Origin: Escherichia coli
Lineage (GTDB): Bacteria > Pseudomonadota > Gammaproteobacteria > Enterobacterales > Enterobacteriaceae
Length of the DNA: 64,000 nt
Assembly: GCF_016026235.1 (NCBI RefSeq)
Contig: NZ_CP065613.1
Strand: one strand, 5' to 3'
Position numbers and translations under genes: made by a program. Of the stretch, positions 10,818 to 22,368 are shown one piece after another (positions within the stretch are counted from its first letter, which is position 1; each line of letters begins with the position of its first letter). Below the pieces are notes generated by a model. The model saw only the letters and a list, made by a program, of their open reading frames with translations, did not search any database and was not told the origin of the DNA.

Positions 10818-12264
10818 AATATTTCATCTCCCGAAACAGCCCGACCAGCTCATCTTCGGCACCATTGCGATTGTTCTTGTTCTCTCGACTGCTCATGCTA
10901 GGCAAAGGGAAGCCGTGCAGATCTCCCGGCAGACGAGCATCACGAATGGCACGGATCAGATTGTGCTCCAGCACATAGTTATCCATGGTTGCCAACTGCA
11001 CTACCTGCTGGCGGATGCGGCAGCGATAGGCCCAGATAAAGCACTTCTCGATGGCCAGTGACAGCCCTTGGCTGCCGAACTTGTCGATATAGAAGATCAG
11101 TGCGCAGTCGAACATGGCCCGCACATAACGATCCCCGGTGCGGTGGCGACGCTCGTAGCTGCCCAGGGTCGATAGCACCTTGCTGGCCATCGGTGTCAGC
11201 GTTTCGCCGAGCAGGGTGGCAGATTGCGCCTTGCCGGAATCAGACTCCTCGGCCACGATGGCGGCCACCCGCGTCTGGTAGTACTCGGCCATCTCGAAAA
11301 AGCGCCGACCATTGATGATCATCTGGTCGAGATGAAAGGGAAACGTCATGTACTGGCCGTCAATCTTGCGCTGGTACTGGCGGTTGTACTCATCGACAAA
11401 GTGGTGGGCGATGCGCAGCGACTCCACGTAAGGATAATGCCCTACCCGATCTAGGTTGACCCCCTTGAAGAGATCCACCTCCCCCTTGCCAAAGTAGCGG
11501 GCCGACTTGCCCTCGGCCCACTGGCGTACCCGATAGAGATAGAGGGCGAACAGATTGGCCAGCTCGTCGCTTGGCAGGCGCTCCCAATGGGCGACCGCCT
11601 CGGCCTTGAGATTGGCCTCATGACCGGCAAACTCGCGCAGGTGAAATGCCTTGAGCAGATCGTGAGGAGCCAGATCGCGCCCCCGGGCATTTTGCGAATC
11701 GAAGAACTGGAACGCCTCCGAGATATCCTGCAGTACAAAGCAGACCACCTGACAGCGGTTGAGCAGAAAGTCAATTTGCTGCTCGTCAAACTCAGGGCGG
11801 GCCACCAGCCGACGCAACTCCAGATAGTTGCGTCTGAGGTTGAACTCCGAATCCCGGCTGGGGAAGCGCTGGCGCTGCATAAACGCATCGATAGGTCCAC
11901 GCAAGACCTGCAATTGCTCACGCAGATCCTGACGTTGAAACCGGATACTCTTCTCTTTGCCACTGCGATTTTCGTTATCCAGCACCTCGATCAGCGCCTT
12001 GACGGTCAACATCAGGGTCAGGGTGCGTTGCTGACCATCGACGATATCAAGCATCTCGCCCTGCTCACTATCGGTGTGCTGATGAAACACCACCGAGCCC
12101 AGCCGGTAGGCGCTCTTGTCCTGATGGGTTGCCAAATCGGTAAAGAGATCCGAGATATTCTTGGAGCCCCAGCGGTAAGGTCGCTGATAGCTTGGGATGG
12201 CCAGTTGGGGAATGGCCAGCAACTGGCGTACCGACTGCACTTGATTATTAATGCTCTCCATCAT
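10810..12264 (-). CDS. DUF262 (ParB/GmrS-like NTPase) domain protein, 484 aa; upstream partner of a two-gene type IV restriction-like module
   Basis: '[12 protein letters not shown]' DGQQR motif and '[22 protein letters not shown]' typical of DUF262; overlaps the next gene's start (coupled). Confidence 0.8.
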
Positions 12265-12285
12265 GCCTCCTGCGGTATGAAGTGG

Positions 12286-12887
<602 letters not shown>

Positions 12888-12918
12888 GACAAATGAGCCC
12901 ATTGGAATAAGTTAGAAA

Positions 12919-13674
12919 CTACATATCTGCCAACAACATCCCAGCCATACCATCCAGTCGCTTCTTAACCTTTTCCCAGCCCGGCATAACCTGCCCCATC
13001 AGACGGTAAAACTCCTCGCTGTGGTTGTGCTCAGCCACATGGCATAACTCATGTAGCAAAACATAATCGATACATTCTGAGGATGCCTTAACCAGCCATG
13101 GATTCAGGGTCAGACAGCCTTTTGCTGAACAGTTGCCCCATTGCGTTTGCATCGCCCGCAGACGTATCGGAGGACGCTCACTGACCCAAAGGGTCTGCGG
13201 AATCAGTAAATCAAGCCTGCGCTGAAAAACATCTCTGGCACGTTCCCGATACCATTCAGCCAGCAAGGCTTTAATCTTTTCTGCCGATTTGTGTCTGACA
13301 GTCACTTCCAGACGCCCACGCAACATTTTCACTCGTTGCGGCACAGTAGCGTCTTCTGTCACTTTCAACTGATATTGCTTACCGAGATAATAATGGCTTT
13401 CTCCGCTGACATACTGACGCGGAACAATGTGTATCTGTTGCTCCCTGAAATCACGCAGTTGCTGGTATATCCAGCGCCCACGTTTTTTCAGCGCAGACAA
13501 TACCTCGTGCTCCGGTGTTTCAGGCGGTACAGAGGCCACAACCCGGCAGTCCGGATAAACCTTAATGAGCACCCTGCCCTTTACGACCTGACGCGGAACA
13601 CACTGTACGACGATGACCTCATCACCATAGACAATGCGTAACGCTTTCATTGATGGCGATTCTTTTTCACTCAT
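12919..13674 (-). CDS. M48-family / DUF45 (YgjP-like) zinc metallohydrolase, 251 aa, coupled to hsdR
   Basis: HExxH motif 'HELCHVAEHNH'; start overlaps the hsdR stop by 4 bp. Confidence 0.75.
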   Translation of the reverse strand: MSEKESPSMKALRIVYGDEVIVVQCVPRQVVKGRVLIKVYPDCRVVASVPPETPEHEVLSALKKRGRWIYQQLRDFREQQIHIVPRQYVSGESHYYLGKQYQLKVTEDATVPQRVKMLRGRLEVTVRHKSAEKIKALLAEWYRERARDVFQRRLDLLIPQTLWVSERPPIRLRAMQTQWGNCSAKGCLTLNPWLVKASSECIDYVLLHELCHVAEHNHSEEFYRLMGQVMPGWEKVKKRLDGMAGMLLADM

Positions 13675-16600
13675 GATTTCATCAAACCAACGCGCAGTAT
13701 CTGGATGATGGTTTCAACAATACGGTTAACCTGATTCATTCCGGCACCAATTTCCCGGCAGGCCGTAAACAGCAGTGGTAGCAGACTTGTCTTAACGACT
13801 TTCTCAATGTCCTGGGGGTTCAGGGAGTTTTCTGCCACCGCTTTGACGATAATGTTGTCCACTTCAAAAGCCAGCTTCGTCCACTTATCCTGCACCTGAA
13901 CGTCGTTTACCGCAAAAACCTCAGGTAGCTCTTTTTTAAATACACCGTAATACGCCTGAGCATGCTTGTTTACCGCCAGTGCATCCGGGATATCGCTGAG
14001 CTTACGGGCTTCAACCTGTTCTTCAAATTCACGGAACAAAAGGTACTGTTTCAGCGGATGGTCAAACAGTTTTTCAGCCTCTTCGATAGCCATACGCAGG
14101 AGTTTTGAAAATGCCTCCTGAGCATACGGGTCATCACGCAATTCCTGCTCAATCATCTTTGTCACACGGGTTTTAATGATGTCGGTTTCATTGCGGGTTT
14201 TATTGTTGTCCCACTCTTCGGGCTTTTCGCTCTTGCCCATTTTACCGACTTCATACACGCCATCCGGTTCACGAACTTCAACGCCGGTGACATGCTTATC
14301 CAGCAGTTTTTTCACCTGCTCAGCGTAGTCGTCATAATTGACCTGCTCTCCACTTACCTGCATCGCCCACTGGCGCAGGCTGGACATCTGTTTTACGGTT
14401 TCTTTATAGAGATTTCGGTCTTGTTCCGTAAAGCTCTTGTCGGTGAAGAAGGTAGCGGACTGCAGTGCCACTTTCAGGCATCCGGCAAAGGCCGTTAACG
14501 CCTCGAAGAAATCATCACGGGTTTTCTGATGGATATCGACCATCTCTCCGTCACGTTCTTCCATTTTAGGCACCAGTACCGCACGTAACTGCTCAGTATC
14601 ATTTTTGTTTTTAACACCGGCAAATATGGCCCACAGCTGGTTATACAGATGCGGCAGGCGCTTGTATTCAGAGCTCATGGCGCTGTACAGCCCGTCAATA
14701 TCTTTGATATCGTATCCGCCCTGAGTTCGGGAGGCGAGGTCCTGATATTTGCCGATAGTCGTGTCCAGCTCAGCCAGAATACCGCGATAATCAATCAGCA
14801 GACCGAACTTTTTTAGTGGATGCAGTCGGTTCACCCGCGCAATCGCCTGGATAAGGTTGTGGGACTTAAGCGGCTTGTCGATATACAGCACGGTATTCTT
14901 CGGCTCATCAAACCCGGTGAGCAGTTTATCAACGACTATCAGCAATTTGAGCTTCTCATCGGTATCGAAACGACTGATGACATTACGGGTATACACAGAC
15001 TCATCCTGCGTGCCGACATTATCCTTCCACCATTTCGTCACTTCCGGCAGTTTGCTTTCATCCACTTCGGTATTCCCTTCCCGGGTATCCGGCGGGCTGA
15101 TAACTACAGCTGACTCAAACAACCCGGCTTCATCAAGATACTTTTTATATTTGATGGCGGAAATCTTGCTGTCGCAGGCAAGCTGGCCTTTCAGTCCCTC
15201 ATCAATATTCTTCGAGAAGTGCGTGGCGATATCGAGTGCGATCAGACGGATGCGATCATCTGCACTATAAACCTCACCTTTACGGGCATATTTACGCTTC
15301 AGGTCGGCTTTTTGCGCTTCGCTTAACCCATCGGTAATACGATCAAACCAGGCATCTATTGCCCGATCGTTAACCTCAAGGTCGGGAATACGTTCTTCAT
15401 ACAGCAAAGGTGTAACGGCTTTATCTTCTACCGCTCGCTGCATGGTATAAGCGTGGACAATCGGCCCGAATTTATTAGTGGTCTTATCTTCTTTCAGCAA
15501 CGGCGTACCGGTAAATGCCACAAAGGCGGCGTTCGGCAGTGCCAGTTTCATTCGCACATGGTTCTCACCCCCCTGGCTCCGGTGTCCTTCATCAATCAGT
15601 ACGATGATGTCGGGGCTGGTATTGACGCATTCAGGAAGTTTTGTCGCTGAATTAAATTTCTGGATAAGGGTGAAGATAATGCGTTCTTTACCAGAGCCAA
15701 TCTGCTGTGCCAGTTTCTGGCCAGAGGTCGCCATTGCTTTGGCCTTATCATCCTTTCCGGCCAGTTCGCCACCAGAAGCGAAAGTGCCGCTGAGCTGCCC
15801 TTCAAGATCGACACGGTCCGTCACCACCACAATGCGACACTGCTTCAGGCTGTCATGAAGAATCAGCGCCTTACTGAGGAACACCATGGTGTACGATTTA
15901 CCGGAGCCCGTGGTATGCCAGATCACACCACCTTCTCTGCCCCCGTCCGGTCTGCGGGTGCTTATGCGTTCCAGCAGCCTTTTAATCCCGAACACCTGCT
16001 GATAGCGGGCGACAATTTTCCCGGTCTTTTTATCAAACAGGGTGAAAAAGCGGGTCATCTCCAGCAGACGTTCCGGTGAAAGCAGGCTGATGAGCAGCTT
16101 ATCCTGCCCGCTGACGGCCAGTTCACCGGCGGCGATTAACTGTTGGTACCAGTCGAGATCGGCTGAAGGACGATGATCAAACAACGCATGAATTTGTTCA
16201 GTCGATAACTTATGGTTGCGCAGCGCATACATCTGCGCGTAAGTAATATCTTCTTCGCGCCATGCCGCCCAGAATTTCATTGGTGTATGACAGGTACCGT
16301 AGCGCCCGTCATGCCCGTTAATCGACAGTAATATCTGGCTGTAAGCAAACAGCTGCGGGATTTCGTCGTTGAGCTGATTGCGGATACTCTGGGATATCCC
16401 TTCGTCAATGGTTGGCCCTTTCTTGCCGTGACCCGCCGGGCTTTTCGCTTCAATGACGGCCAGCGGGATACCATTCACAAAACACACAATATCCGGTCTG
16501 CGGGTTTCGACACCGCCTGACCGCAATACCGTAAATTCTTCGGTAAAATGGAACTGGTTATTTTCCGGATGTTCCCAGTCGATCAGCGCAATGGTGGGGT

Positions 16601-16958
16601 TCACCTTCTTGCCATCGACAAACTCCGTGACGGCGATACCGTAGAGCAGATGGTTATACATCCGTTCATTGGCTTTGAGCAGCCCTTCATTGAGCGCCGG
16701 AGAACAGACCTGTGATATCAGGTTATCCAGTGCTTTTTCCGATAACTGGCAGGTTTTGCCACCCGCCATAAAGGAACGCTTCGACAGCTCTTCACGCAGA
16801 ACCGGACGCAGCACCACCTCATCCTGTTTATAGCCCCGGTAATCCATAATCTGTTTCGGAGATAAAAACGTCCAGCCGAGGCTGGTCAGTAACGTCAGTG
16901 CCGGAATTTTGGCGCTGTATTCTTCCTGGAATTTTGGCGTGTACGTCTGGTTCATCAT
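13671..16958 (-). CDS. hsdR: Type I restriction enzyme R subunit (HsdR), 1095 aa
   Basis: Walker A 'TGSGKSYTM', DEAD-like 'DEGHRSQ', and a size typical of HsdR; sits in an operon with hsdM and hsdS. Confidence 0.9.
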   Translation of the reverse strand: MMNQTYTPKFQEEYSAKIPALTLLTSLGWTFLSPKQIMDYRGYKQDEVVLRPVLREELSKRSFMAGGKTCQLSEKALDNLISQVCSPALNEGLLKANERMYNHLLYGIAVTEFVDGKKVNPTIALIDWEHPENNQFHFTEEFTVLRSGGVETRRPDIVCFVNGIPLAVIEAKSPAGHGKKGPTIDEGISQSIRNQLNDEIPQLFAYSQILLSINGHDGRYGTCHTPMKFWAAWREEDITYAQMYALRNHKLSTEQIHALFDHRPSADLDWYQQLIAAGELAVSGQDKLLISLLSPERLLEMTRFFTLFDKKTGKIVARYQQVFGIKRLLERISTRRPDGGREGGVIWHTTGSGKSYTMVFLSKALILHDSLKQCRIVVVTDRVDLEGQLSGTFASGGELAGKDDKAKAMATSGQKLAQQIGSGKERIIFTLIQKFNSATKLPECVNTSPDIIVLIDEGHRSQGGENHVRMKLALPNAAFVAFTGTPLLKEDKTTNKFGPIVHAYTMQRAVEDKAVTPLLYEERIPDLEVNDRAIDAWFDRITDGLSEAQKADLKRKYARKGEVYSADDRIRLIALDIATHFSKNIDEGLKGQLACDSKISAIKYKKYLDEAGLFESAVVISPPDTREGNTEVDESKLPEVTKWWKDNVGTQDESVYTRNVISRFDTDEKLKLLIVVDKLLTGFDEPKNTVLYIDKPLKSHNLIQAIARVNRLHPLKKFGLLIDYRGILAELDTTIGKYQDLASRTQGGYDIKDIDGLYSAMSSEYKRLPHLYNQLWAIFAGVKNKNDTEQLRAVLVPKMEERDGEMVDIHQKTRDDFFEALTAFAGCLKVALQSATFFTDKSFTEQDRNLYKETVKQMSSLRQWAMQVSGEQVNYDDYAEQVKKLLDKHVTGVEVREPDGVYEVGKMGKSEKPEEWDNNKTRNETDIIKTRVTKMIEQELRDDPYAQEAFSKLLRMAIEEAEKLFDHPLKQYLLFREFEEQVEARKLSDIPDALAVNKHAQAYYGVFKKELPEVFAVNDVQVQDKWTKLAFEVDNIIVKAVAENSLNPQDIEKVVKTSLLPLLFTACREIGAGMNQVNRIVETIIQILRVGLMKS

Positions 16959-17007
16959 TAATCCTTTTCTTTCTGGCGCTACTCGCTACTGGTCACATGA
17001 AGATTCA

Positions 17008-17691
17008 TCAATGCAGACAGCACTTCTTAAATTTTTTACCGCTGCCACACGGACACGGGTCATTTCGCCCGGGCATGTTTTCTGCCCCCTTCACTGGAAC
17101 AGGCCGGGATGATGCCTCTGACATTCTCACCGACAACCAGTGCTGGTAAAGCGCCAGTGCCGCAGGCTGAATGAGAGTAATACTCTGTTCAAATTGAACA
17201 GGTGACATTTTCTCAACCACTGGGAAGTTCTTTTCGATACCATGAAGGGCTATCGCCTCCAGCGAGGGACGTAAGGCCTCTGGCAAGGCTGACCAGTCAT
17301 CCAGAGACCGGCCTTTCATATACCCGAAACACCACTCTTCGACGATTGTATATGTCTTCCCCTTCACCTCACGTCCATTGAAAATCGGTTCAAACTGTTC
17401 AGGGGCCTCATACAGGCAGCCAGCGATATCGTTCATATGCTGAAAACACAGCCCCACAAAACGCGTCATCTCTTTTTCAGTGGTCCAGTGAGGGTAGTAG
17501 TCACCTCGCCCCCAGATAGCACTAAGCCAGGTATTAGGGGGGATCATATTCGGGCCAGAGACAATCGCTGTCAGAAAGCCATCCAGCTCAGAGAAACAGA
17601 GCACAGAGTCATCATTGCCGTATTTCAGCAACACCTCTTCCAGCCAGTCGATTTCCCGGTCAATCAGCGGCCCGCTTTTCGTCAGTTTCAT
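17008..17691 (-). CDS. YecA-like UPF0149 protein with C-terminal SEC-C zinc motif, 227 aa, embedded between hsdS and hsdR
   Basis: C-terminal '[18 protein letters not shown]' SEC-C motif; overall similarity to the YecA family as I remember it; start overlaps the hsdS stop. Confidence 0.75.
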   Translation of the reverse strand: MKLTKSGPLIDREIDWLEEVLLKYGNDDSVLCFSELDGFLTAIVSGPNMIPPNTWLSAIWGRGDYYPHWTTEKEMTRFVGLCFQHMNDIAGCLYEAPEQFEPIFNGREVKGKTYTIVEEWCFGYMKGRSLDDWSALPEALRPSLEAIALHGIEKNFPVVEKMSPVQFEQSITLIQPAALALYQHWLSVRMSEASSRPVPVKGAENMPGRNDPCPCGSGKKFKKCCLH

Positions 17692-18914
17692 TCGGCAACC
17701 GCCTCATCGACCTTAACACGACGTTTGCCAGTCAATAGCTGTTGCATCAGGGCTTTTTTCTCATCTCTCAGGCAGGCGAGTTTTTTCTCCAGCGTGGAGA
17801 TTTCGGTGTCAGCAGCGGACAGCACGGCGGCGATTTTTTGTTGCTCTTTAATAAATGGGCAAGAAAAGCTTAAAGTTTCAAAATCTTTCTTGGAAAGTTC
17901 TAAAAATGTTGAGCCAGATGATTTTTTGATCATCTCATTTGTGTTCATTTGCAACAAATAATAAATAAATTCGATATTAAACCCTTCATTCGGAATGATG
18001 TTTTTAAAACCTTGATTGGTACAAATTTCCGATGTCGAAATTGCTAAAGCACCAATGGTAGCTCTTGTACATACCATCAAACTACCTTTTGGCAAAAGAA
18101 CAGCTGAGCTATTTAGTAATCCCGCAGGAGTAATTTTTCTACTAGTATTGCTAACGAACCTACCCGTTAATGCAGTAACATCAGTTGGGGTAAGCCATAG
18201 AATATCGCCTTCCCAATACATGGCCATGTTTGTATCAGGTGTTCCACCGGATACAACTTTGCCCATTTGTATTAGTTTAGTAATTTTCCACTCCCCACTA
18301 AACCTCACCCCATTCTCATCCAACAACCGTTTATTCCCGGTAAGCAATTGCTGCATCAGGGCTTTTTTCTGCTGTTGACTGTTGGCGAGAAGGCTTTCCG
18401 TCACCGAAATTGCCTTATCCCAGGCGGTCAGAATTTGAGATATTTTATCTTGTTCACAAATAGCAGGAGTTTTTATGTTTAACGCTCTAATATCAGAAAG
18501 GTTAATTCTAGAAAAGGTAGAACCACCTGCACTTTTTGCTATCTGTCGCTGGACTAAATCTGATTGTAATGTGTAGTAAATAAACCGCCAATCTGCATGG
18601 ATTGCTTTAATTAAGACAGTGTCTTGCCCTAATACAAATGGCTTTTTGGAATCCACATAGCTAACAACACCGACAGACTGGTTACGACTCATAACCAAAT
18701 CACCTTGTTCAACAACACAGTGATCCATCAGAGAGCGATATTCTTCTTCTGTAACTCTTTTTACAGGTGAAATCAGATCTAAGGCTCCCCATTTTATCGT
18801 CCCCGGTGAGACAAGTGGTATTCCCGATTTAACGTACTCAGGAGTCCTGTGTTTGCAATCGATTATCGACGCAACCGATGAGAGTTTCTGAGATGACCAC
18901 CCCTTAGGAATCAT
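17688..18914 (-). CDS. hsdS: Type I restriction-modification specificity subunit (HsdS), two target-recognition domains
   Basis: Two copies of the conserved '[11 protein letters not shown](N/K)(K/R)R' repeat separating two variable domains. Confidence 0.9.
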   Translation of the reverse strand: MIPKGWSSQKLSSVASIIDCKHRTPEYVKSGIPLVSPGTIKWGALDLISPVKRVTEEEYRSLMDHCVVEQGDLVMSRNQSVGVVSYVDSKKPFVLGQDTVLIKAIHADWRFIYYTLQSDLVQRQIAKSAGGSTFSRINLSDIRALNIKTPAICEQDKISQILTAWDKAISVTESLLANSQQQKKALMQQLLTGNKRLLDENGVRFSGEWKITKLIQMGKVVSGGTPDTNMAMYWEGDILWLTPTDVTALTGRFVSNTSRKITPAGLLNSSAVLLPKGSLMVCTRATIGALAISTSEICTNQGFKNIIPNEGFNIEFIYYLLQMNTNEMIKKSSGSTFLELSKKDFETLSFSCPFIKEQQKIAAVLSAADTEISTLEKKLACLRDEKKALMQQLLTGKRRVKVDEAVAE

Positions 18915-20427
18915 AACCCAACTCCTTCAGATACCCCGCCATCTCCGTTTCCAGCTTCGCCAGTTCCGCCTTCAGTTGCTCGCGTTCGGCGCGTACGGCC
19001 AGCAAATCAATCTCGTCTTCTTCTTCAAAGGTATCGACATAGCGCGGAATATTGAGGTTGTAATCGTTGTCCTGAATTTCCTTCAGGCTGGCAAGATAGG
19101 CGTATTTCTCGACGTTATCGCCATCACGGTAGGTCTTGACGATTTTCTTAATGTTTTCTTCGCTAAGCTGGTTCTGGTTTTTACCTGCCTTGAATTCACG
19201 GCTGGCATCGATAAACAGCACCTTGTCATCAACTTTCTGCTTTTTGAAAATCAGAATCGCAGCCGGAATCCCCGTACCGTAGAACAGTTTTTCCGGCAGA
19301 CCAATTACCGCATCCAGCAAATTTTCGTCGATCAGTTTCTGGCGAATTTTACCTTCGCTGGAGCCACGGAAAAGCACACCGTGTGGCACAACTACGCCCA
19401 TACGGCCAGTTCCCGGTTTCAGGGTTTCGATCATATGCGAGATAAAAGCGTAATCTCCTTTAGTCTTCGGCGGTACACCGCGACGAAAACGGCCAAACTT
19501 ATCGTTCTCGGCCTCGTCATGGCCCCACTTATCGAGGCTGAACGGTGGGTTAGCGGTCACGATATCAAACAGCATCAGGTCGCCATTTTTATCGAGCAGC
19601 TTCGGGTTGCGAATGGTATCGCCCCACTCGATTTTATGGTTGTCTTCCCCGTGCAGGAACATATTCATTTTCGCCAGCGACCACGTAGAACCGATCGCTT
19701 CCTGACCGAACAATGCATAGTTACGACTATCATGCCCGGAGACAATTTTACGCCCACACTTCATCAATAATGAACCGGAACCACAGGCTGGATCGCAGAT
19801 GGTATCACCCGGTTGCGGATCGAGCAGTTCTGCAATCAGGTCCGAAACTTCCGGCGGGGTATAGAACTCCCCGGCTTTCTGCCCACCGCTGGCGGCAAAG
19901 TTTTTGATCAGGTATTCGTAAGCATTGCCGATAACGTCCAGCGTACCGACACGACTCGGCTTCAGGTTGAGATCTTCACCGGCGAAGTCTTCCAGTAGCT
20001 GACGAAGGATGGTGTTTTTCTGTTTTTCTTCGCCAAGACGATCGGTGTTAAACGAAATATCCTGGAACACGCTTTTCCCGGCATCTTTCAGTTTGGTTCC
20101 GTTGGCTTCTTCGATTGCATGCAGAGCCTGATCGATACGCTCACCGTTACCCGGCTCATGGCGGCGTTCGTACAGCGCATAAAAGCTGGCACTTTTTGGC
20201 AGTACAAAACGCTCGTTGGCCATCATCGCTTCAATCAGTTCCGGCACATCGCCATACTGTTCTTTGTATTCGTCATAGTGATCCTGCCAGACATCTGAAA
20301 TGTACTTGAGGAACAGCATGGTAAGGATAAAGTCTTTATAGGTATCAGCACTGATGGTGCCACGGAACGTATCACACGCGGCCCACAGGGCTTTGTTGAT
20401 CGTGTCCTGACTGATTTTGTCGTTCAT
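18904..20427 (-). CDS. hsdM: Type I restriction-modification N6-adenine DNA methyltransferase (HsdM), 507 aa
   Basis: AdoMet motif 'DPACGSGSLL' and catalytic 'NPPF' ('IVTANPPFS'). Confidence 0.9.
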   Translation of the reverse strand: MNDKISQDTINKALWAACDTFRGTISADTYKDFILTMLFLKYISDVWQDHYDEYKEQYGDVPELIEAMMANERFVLPKSASFYALYERRHEPGNGERIDQALHAIEEANGTKLKDAGKSVFQDISFNTDRLGEEKQKNTILRQLLEDFAGEDLNLKPSRVGTLDVIGNAYEYLIKNFAASGGQKAGEFYTPPEVSDLIAELLDPQPGDTICDPACGSGSLLMKCGRKIVSGHDSRNYALFGQEAIGSTWSLAKMNMFLHGEDNHKIEWGDTIRNPKLLDKNGDLMLFDIVTANPPFSLDKWGHDEAENDKFGRFRRGVPPKTKGDYAFISHMIETLKPGTGRMGVVVPHGVLFRGSSEGKIRQKLIDENLLDAVIGLPEKLFYGTGIPAAILIFKKQKVDDKVLFIDASREFKAGKNQNQLSEENIKKIVKTYRDGDNVEKYAYLASLKEIQDNDYNLNIPRYVDTFEEEDEIDLLAVRAEREQLKAELAKLETEMAGYLKELGYDS

Positions 20428-20799
20428 GAATCATCCTGGTCTGAAGAAAAAGCTAGCGATGCAGGGCTTTGCATCTTAAAAATTTCGGTAAATGATACCG
20501 TAAGATGCCTCCCCTGACACGCCAATATCGCAGCATTCAGGTTTGCATCATCCCCGTAATATCGACATGAGACAGACTGACACAACCTGGCTCGTCACTC
20601 GCTAAAAACCAATTATCTTAGTAAGATAGCATCCATATTAGCCATGGTGTAAAACTGCCGTTGGGGTAATGATGATCCATATATCACCCGTTCTGGTGTG
20701 TGAAGCTGACATCATCCATAATCGGCAACGTTGATGCCCTTTGATAGTAATGATGACCGTCAATGTGATTCCCCTGCTGACTGGAGGTCTCCGGATAGT

Positions 20800-21966
20800 A
20801 TGAGTATTACCAACTGCGTTATCGGCCCACTTTACGATGAGCAAATAAAAAAAACACTTATGTATGCTGACCATAAATTCAAGCGGCTAATGAATACACG
20901 AATGTCGTTACTCGAACATTTATCACCCCACTATGACTTATCTTCCATGTTCAGCTATGAGTTGGAGGGAAGAGTTTTTCGGATTAAATTGATCAAGCCT
21001 GAGATTAAATTATCTCGCCAGCAGTTGATCTTCTCCTCACTCTTTTTAGAGCAAGATTTTCTAAAAGAATATAAAAAACACATCTCAAATACTCTACAAA
21101 AAACAATCAAACAGTGCATTAAAAAATACAAACAAAAAATCAAAATCGAGCCTTCTATTTTAGATTACATATCAGCGTCACCCCGCAATACGTCGAGTTA
21201 TGTATTACATGAGATAGTTTCTCAATGTGAACATTGCGATGAAATTCGCAATATTAAAAATGATATATTGCTTGATGAACTAACGTTGAATGGCCGGATC
21301 ACTAACATTTCAAAATACATTAAAAACAGTCAAGATAAAATCGTCGAACATATAGAGTTCTGCACTCATAAACTTGTCAATATAAGTCGTAAGAATCGTC
21401 ACATTTTCAACAGCACCACAATCTCTGGCAGAAAACCCAACATCACTGGTGTTTTACTTTGCCTTTCAGAATTGATAAGCAACCTGCATATTTACCCAAC
21501 TGAAATTAATAATATAAGCAATGCCATAATATTAAGCATTGTATACTCTGTACTTCAACATCTTCAATCCGGAAGAAAAACAGAAAAAACAAAAACCTCT
21601 CCAGCACTGGATTTCATCCCCACCATCATCGCACCTCATGTTTTCTACCTGGCGAAACGCGAAAAATCCTCTCAATATAAATACATTGAAAAAGAATATC
21701 TTCTCGGCCAGTTACTTATATTTTTGATGTATAAAACAGTTTACTACTCGATTCATAACATCAGGGTAAGCCGTAAGCATTTCTATAACGATATAAAACC
21801 AAAATTAATGATACTAAAAAAAGAAAGCTTATTAAGCACCAATTTCATGAAAAATCGAAGAGAGATTAGTGGTGAAGTCTTTGGTGATGTTGGTAGTATT
21901 GAGGCTGATTTTCGAGAAATCAGCACATTGATTCATCGGCGAAAGGCTCTGTTTATTTCCTTTTAA
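20800..21966 (+). CDS. Hypothetical protein, very AT-rich, no recognisable domain (~388 aa from the ATG at 20800; ORF extends to 20731)
   Basis: Long ORF in a strongly AT-rich stretch; Lys/Ile/Asn-rich; SD-like 'ggagg' upstream of the ATG at 20800. Confidence 0.5.
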   Translation: MSITNCVIGPLYDEQIKKTLMYADHKFKRLMNTRMSLLEHLSPHYDLSSMFSYELEGRVFRIKLIKPEIKLSRQQLIFSSLFLEQDFLKEYKKHISNTLQKTIKQCIKKYKQKIKIEPSILDYISASPRNTSSYVLHEIVSQCEHCDEIRNIKNDILLDELTLNGRITNISKYIKNSQDKIVEHIEFCTHKLVNISRKNRHIFNSTTISGRKPNITGVLLCLSELISNLHIYPTEINNISNAIILSIVYSVLQHLQSGRKTEKTKTSPALDFIPTIIAPHVFYLAKREKSSQYKYIEKEYLLGQLLIFLMYKTVYYSIHNIRVSRKHFYNDIKPKLMILKKESLLSTNFMKNRREISGEVFGDVGSIEADFREISTLIHRRKALFISF

Positions 21967-22368
21967 TCTTTAGAGAACACTATATCATCGTGAAGCAGAG
22001 CTAATTTCAGCCTTGCATAGATCATTATCAATGCCATAGACAGTGTTAATCATATGACATCGTTCCGGTATTGATACTGATTATCAGGCCTTGGTTTTAT
22101 GTAATTTAAACACCACCATCTCTGAAACCTCACAGTGCTCATATTTTAACCATAAAAACTAACCGATTTACACCCGCCACACACCGTCATAACTTATTGT
22201 ATTTAAATAGCTATAAGCCTCTAACTCACTGATTACACCATTAAATTCAAGCCATATCCTTACGCAGATTCAAGCTTGCCCCTGCTGCCATTCACGTTTT
22301 AGGATTACCTCGCTAACACGACATGCTACTTTTTAAATCAGTGTAATAATTCAAACGAGGATAAAATT

